Source of the DNA: Haplodiscus bocki
Lineage: Eukaryota
Length of the DNA: 64,000 bases
Assembly: GCA_965655095.1 (NCBI GenBank)
Contig: OZ296649.1
Coordinates: 52,452,001 to 52,516,000, forward strand
Direction: 5' to 3'
Under the pieces are notes generated by a model that did no database searches, was not told the DNA's origin, and saw nothing but the letters and a program-made list of their open reading frames with translations. How positions within the stretch are numbered: position 1 is the stretch's first letter; every line of letters starts with the position of its first letter. Below are positions 63,196 to 64,000 of the stretch, piece by piece. Made by a program: the position numbers and the translations under genes.

Positions 63196-63359
63196 TAGGA
63201 ATCGGTGCGGACGGAGTGCTGGACGCCATAACTTTTGAGCTATGTAAAAATATTGTGGTAGAGGTTTAAAAAGTTAATTAGAATGTATAAATAATACAAG
63301 ACCACCAGGTAAAGTAAATTAGAATGTATAAAACTACAAGACTCGATTCAAAGAAAAAT

Positions 63360-64000
63360 TCAAAAATCTAATGGTTTAGTATGTATTCCATCTTTTTCTA
63401 CAAGACGTTTTGGGTAGAAATAAGACAGACTCTTTTTCGTCTGTTCATAGGTTGCAACGCTATGTTTCATTGTCCGAAATCCCCTGTTGGTTGAAGTAAC
63501 GTTGACTGCCTCTTCTAACACTTTTCGATACTTTGTCATGGGTCCATCTCCACAGTCTTCCAGAGTTCTTTTATTGAGTCCCTTGCTACTGAATTTGTAC
63601 TGGTTACTCTTGCGATCGTAGCAACAATAGTTTTGCTACACAAGCACAACATTTCGGTACACCTGAATTCTTCTTTAAACAGTCCCGGCTCTCTCTTATC
63701 ATGCTTCTTGTGAGCACTACAACATGTTCTAGGGAAGAAGTTGCCCGTTGCGTTCGCAGTGAAGCTATCTGTACAATCTCGCGAACGTATTGCTTCCCAT
63801 TCGTTTCTCTGGGCGAATAATATCTTCCAAATTCTCTTCCGACACGGCTAATTATAGAGAGTTGGTATCCATTTCAAGCTCTTCATACTTTTTGGTATCG
63901 CAAAACTTGTTAATGAAATTATAATAAGGCTCCAACATTCTGAGCTTAGCATAATGCAAAATGAAGTAAACCGACAATGATTGGTTCTCGATGCTCAATT
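63360..64000 (-). pseudogene. Polinton/Maverick pPolB C-terminus, lightly decayed; continues past the right edge
   Basis: IEHREPIIVG..YAKLRML..YEELEMDTNSL* (degenerate motif C DTDS)..GNFFPRTCCSAHKKHDKREPGLFKEEFRC..KFSSKGLNK..STNRGFRT..SYFYPKRLVEKDGIHTKPLDF*; three frameshifts and one internal stop. Confidence 0.9.

Overview
AT-rich eukaryotic (animal-like) genomic DNA; the lineage cannot be fixed from sequence alone. The first ~11.5 kb hold the host genes: CHMP6/VPS20 (ESCRT-III, 3738-4421, minus strand, no intron in the CDS), a probable start-codon exon of another minus-strand gene running off the left edge, and a spliced plus-strand orphan gene whose last two exons are at 10357-10516 and 11168-11368. 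From ~11.5 kb to the end I found no host gene, only decayed mobile DNA. This includes an internally deleted CR1/L2-group LINE with an SGNH-esterase-like ORF1, a Penelope-like element and a CRE-like element that each carry a younger (TTTC)n-tailed LINE inserted antisense, and a Ty3/Gypsy remnant. From ~31 kb it is several stacked Polinton/Maverick (adintovirus-like) remnants with three protein-primed DNA polymerase B pieces. The most unusual structures are: (i) a four-copy ~2.36 kb tandem array of a virus-like gene cassette next to a pPolB start, with mosaic copies and a shared in-frame TGA; (ii) a putative element-end module (stem-loop with a conserved loop motif, then a 30-bp array) that occurs twice with different stem sequences; (iii) a tRNA-like Pol III A/B-box sequence between an AGTAGT motif and the pPolB stop. 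All family calls come from manual translation and recalled motifs; no searches were run, and boundaries of decayed elements are approximate. A 200-N assembly gap lies at 43569-43768.
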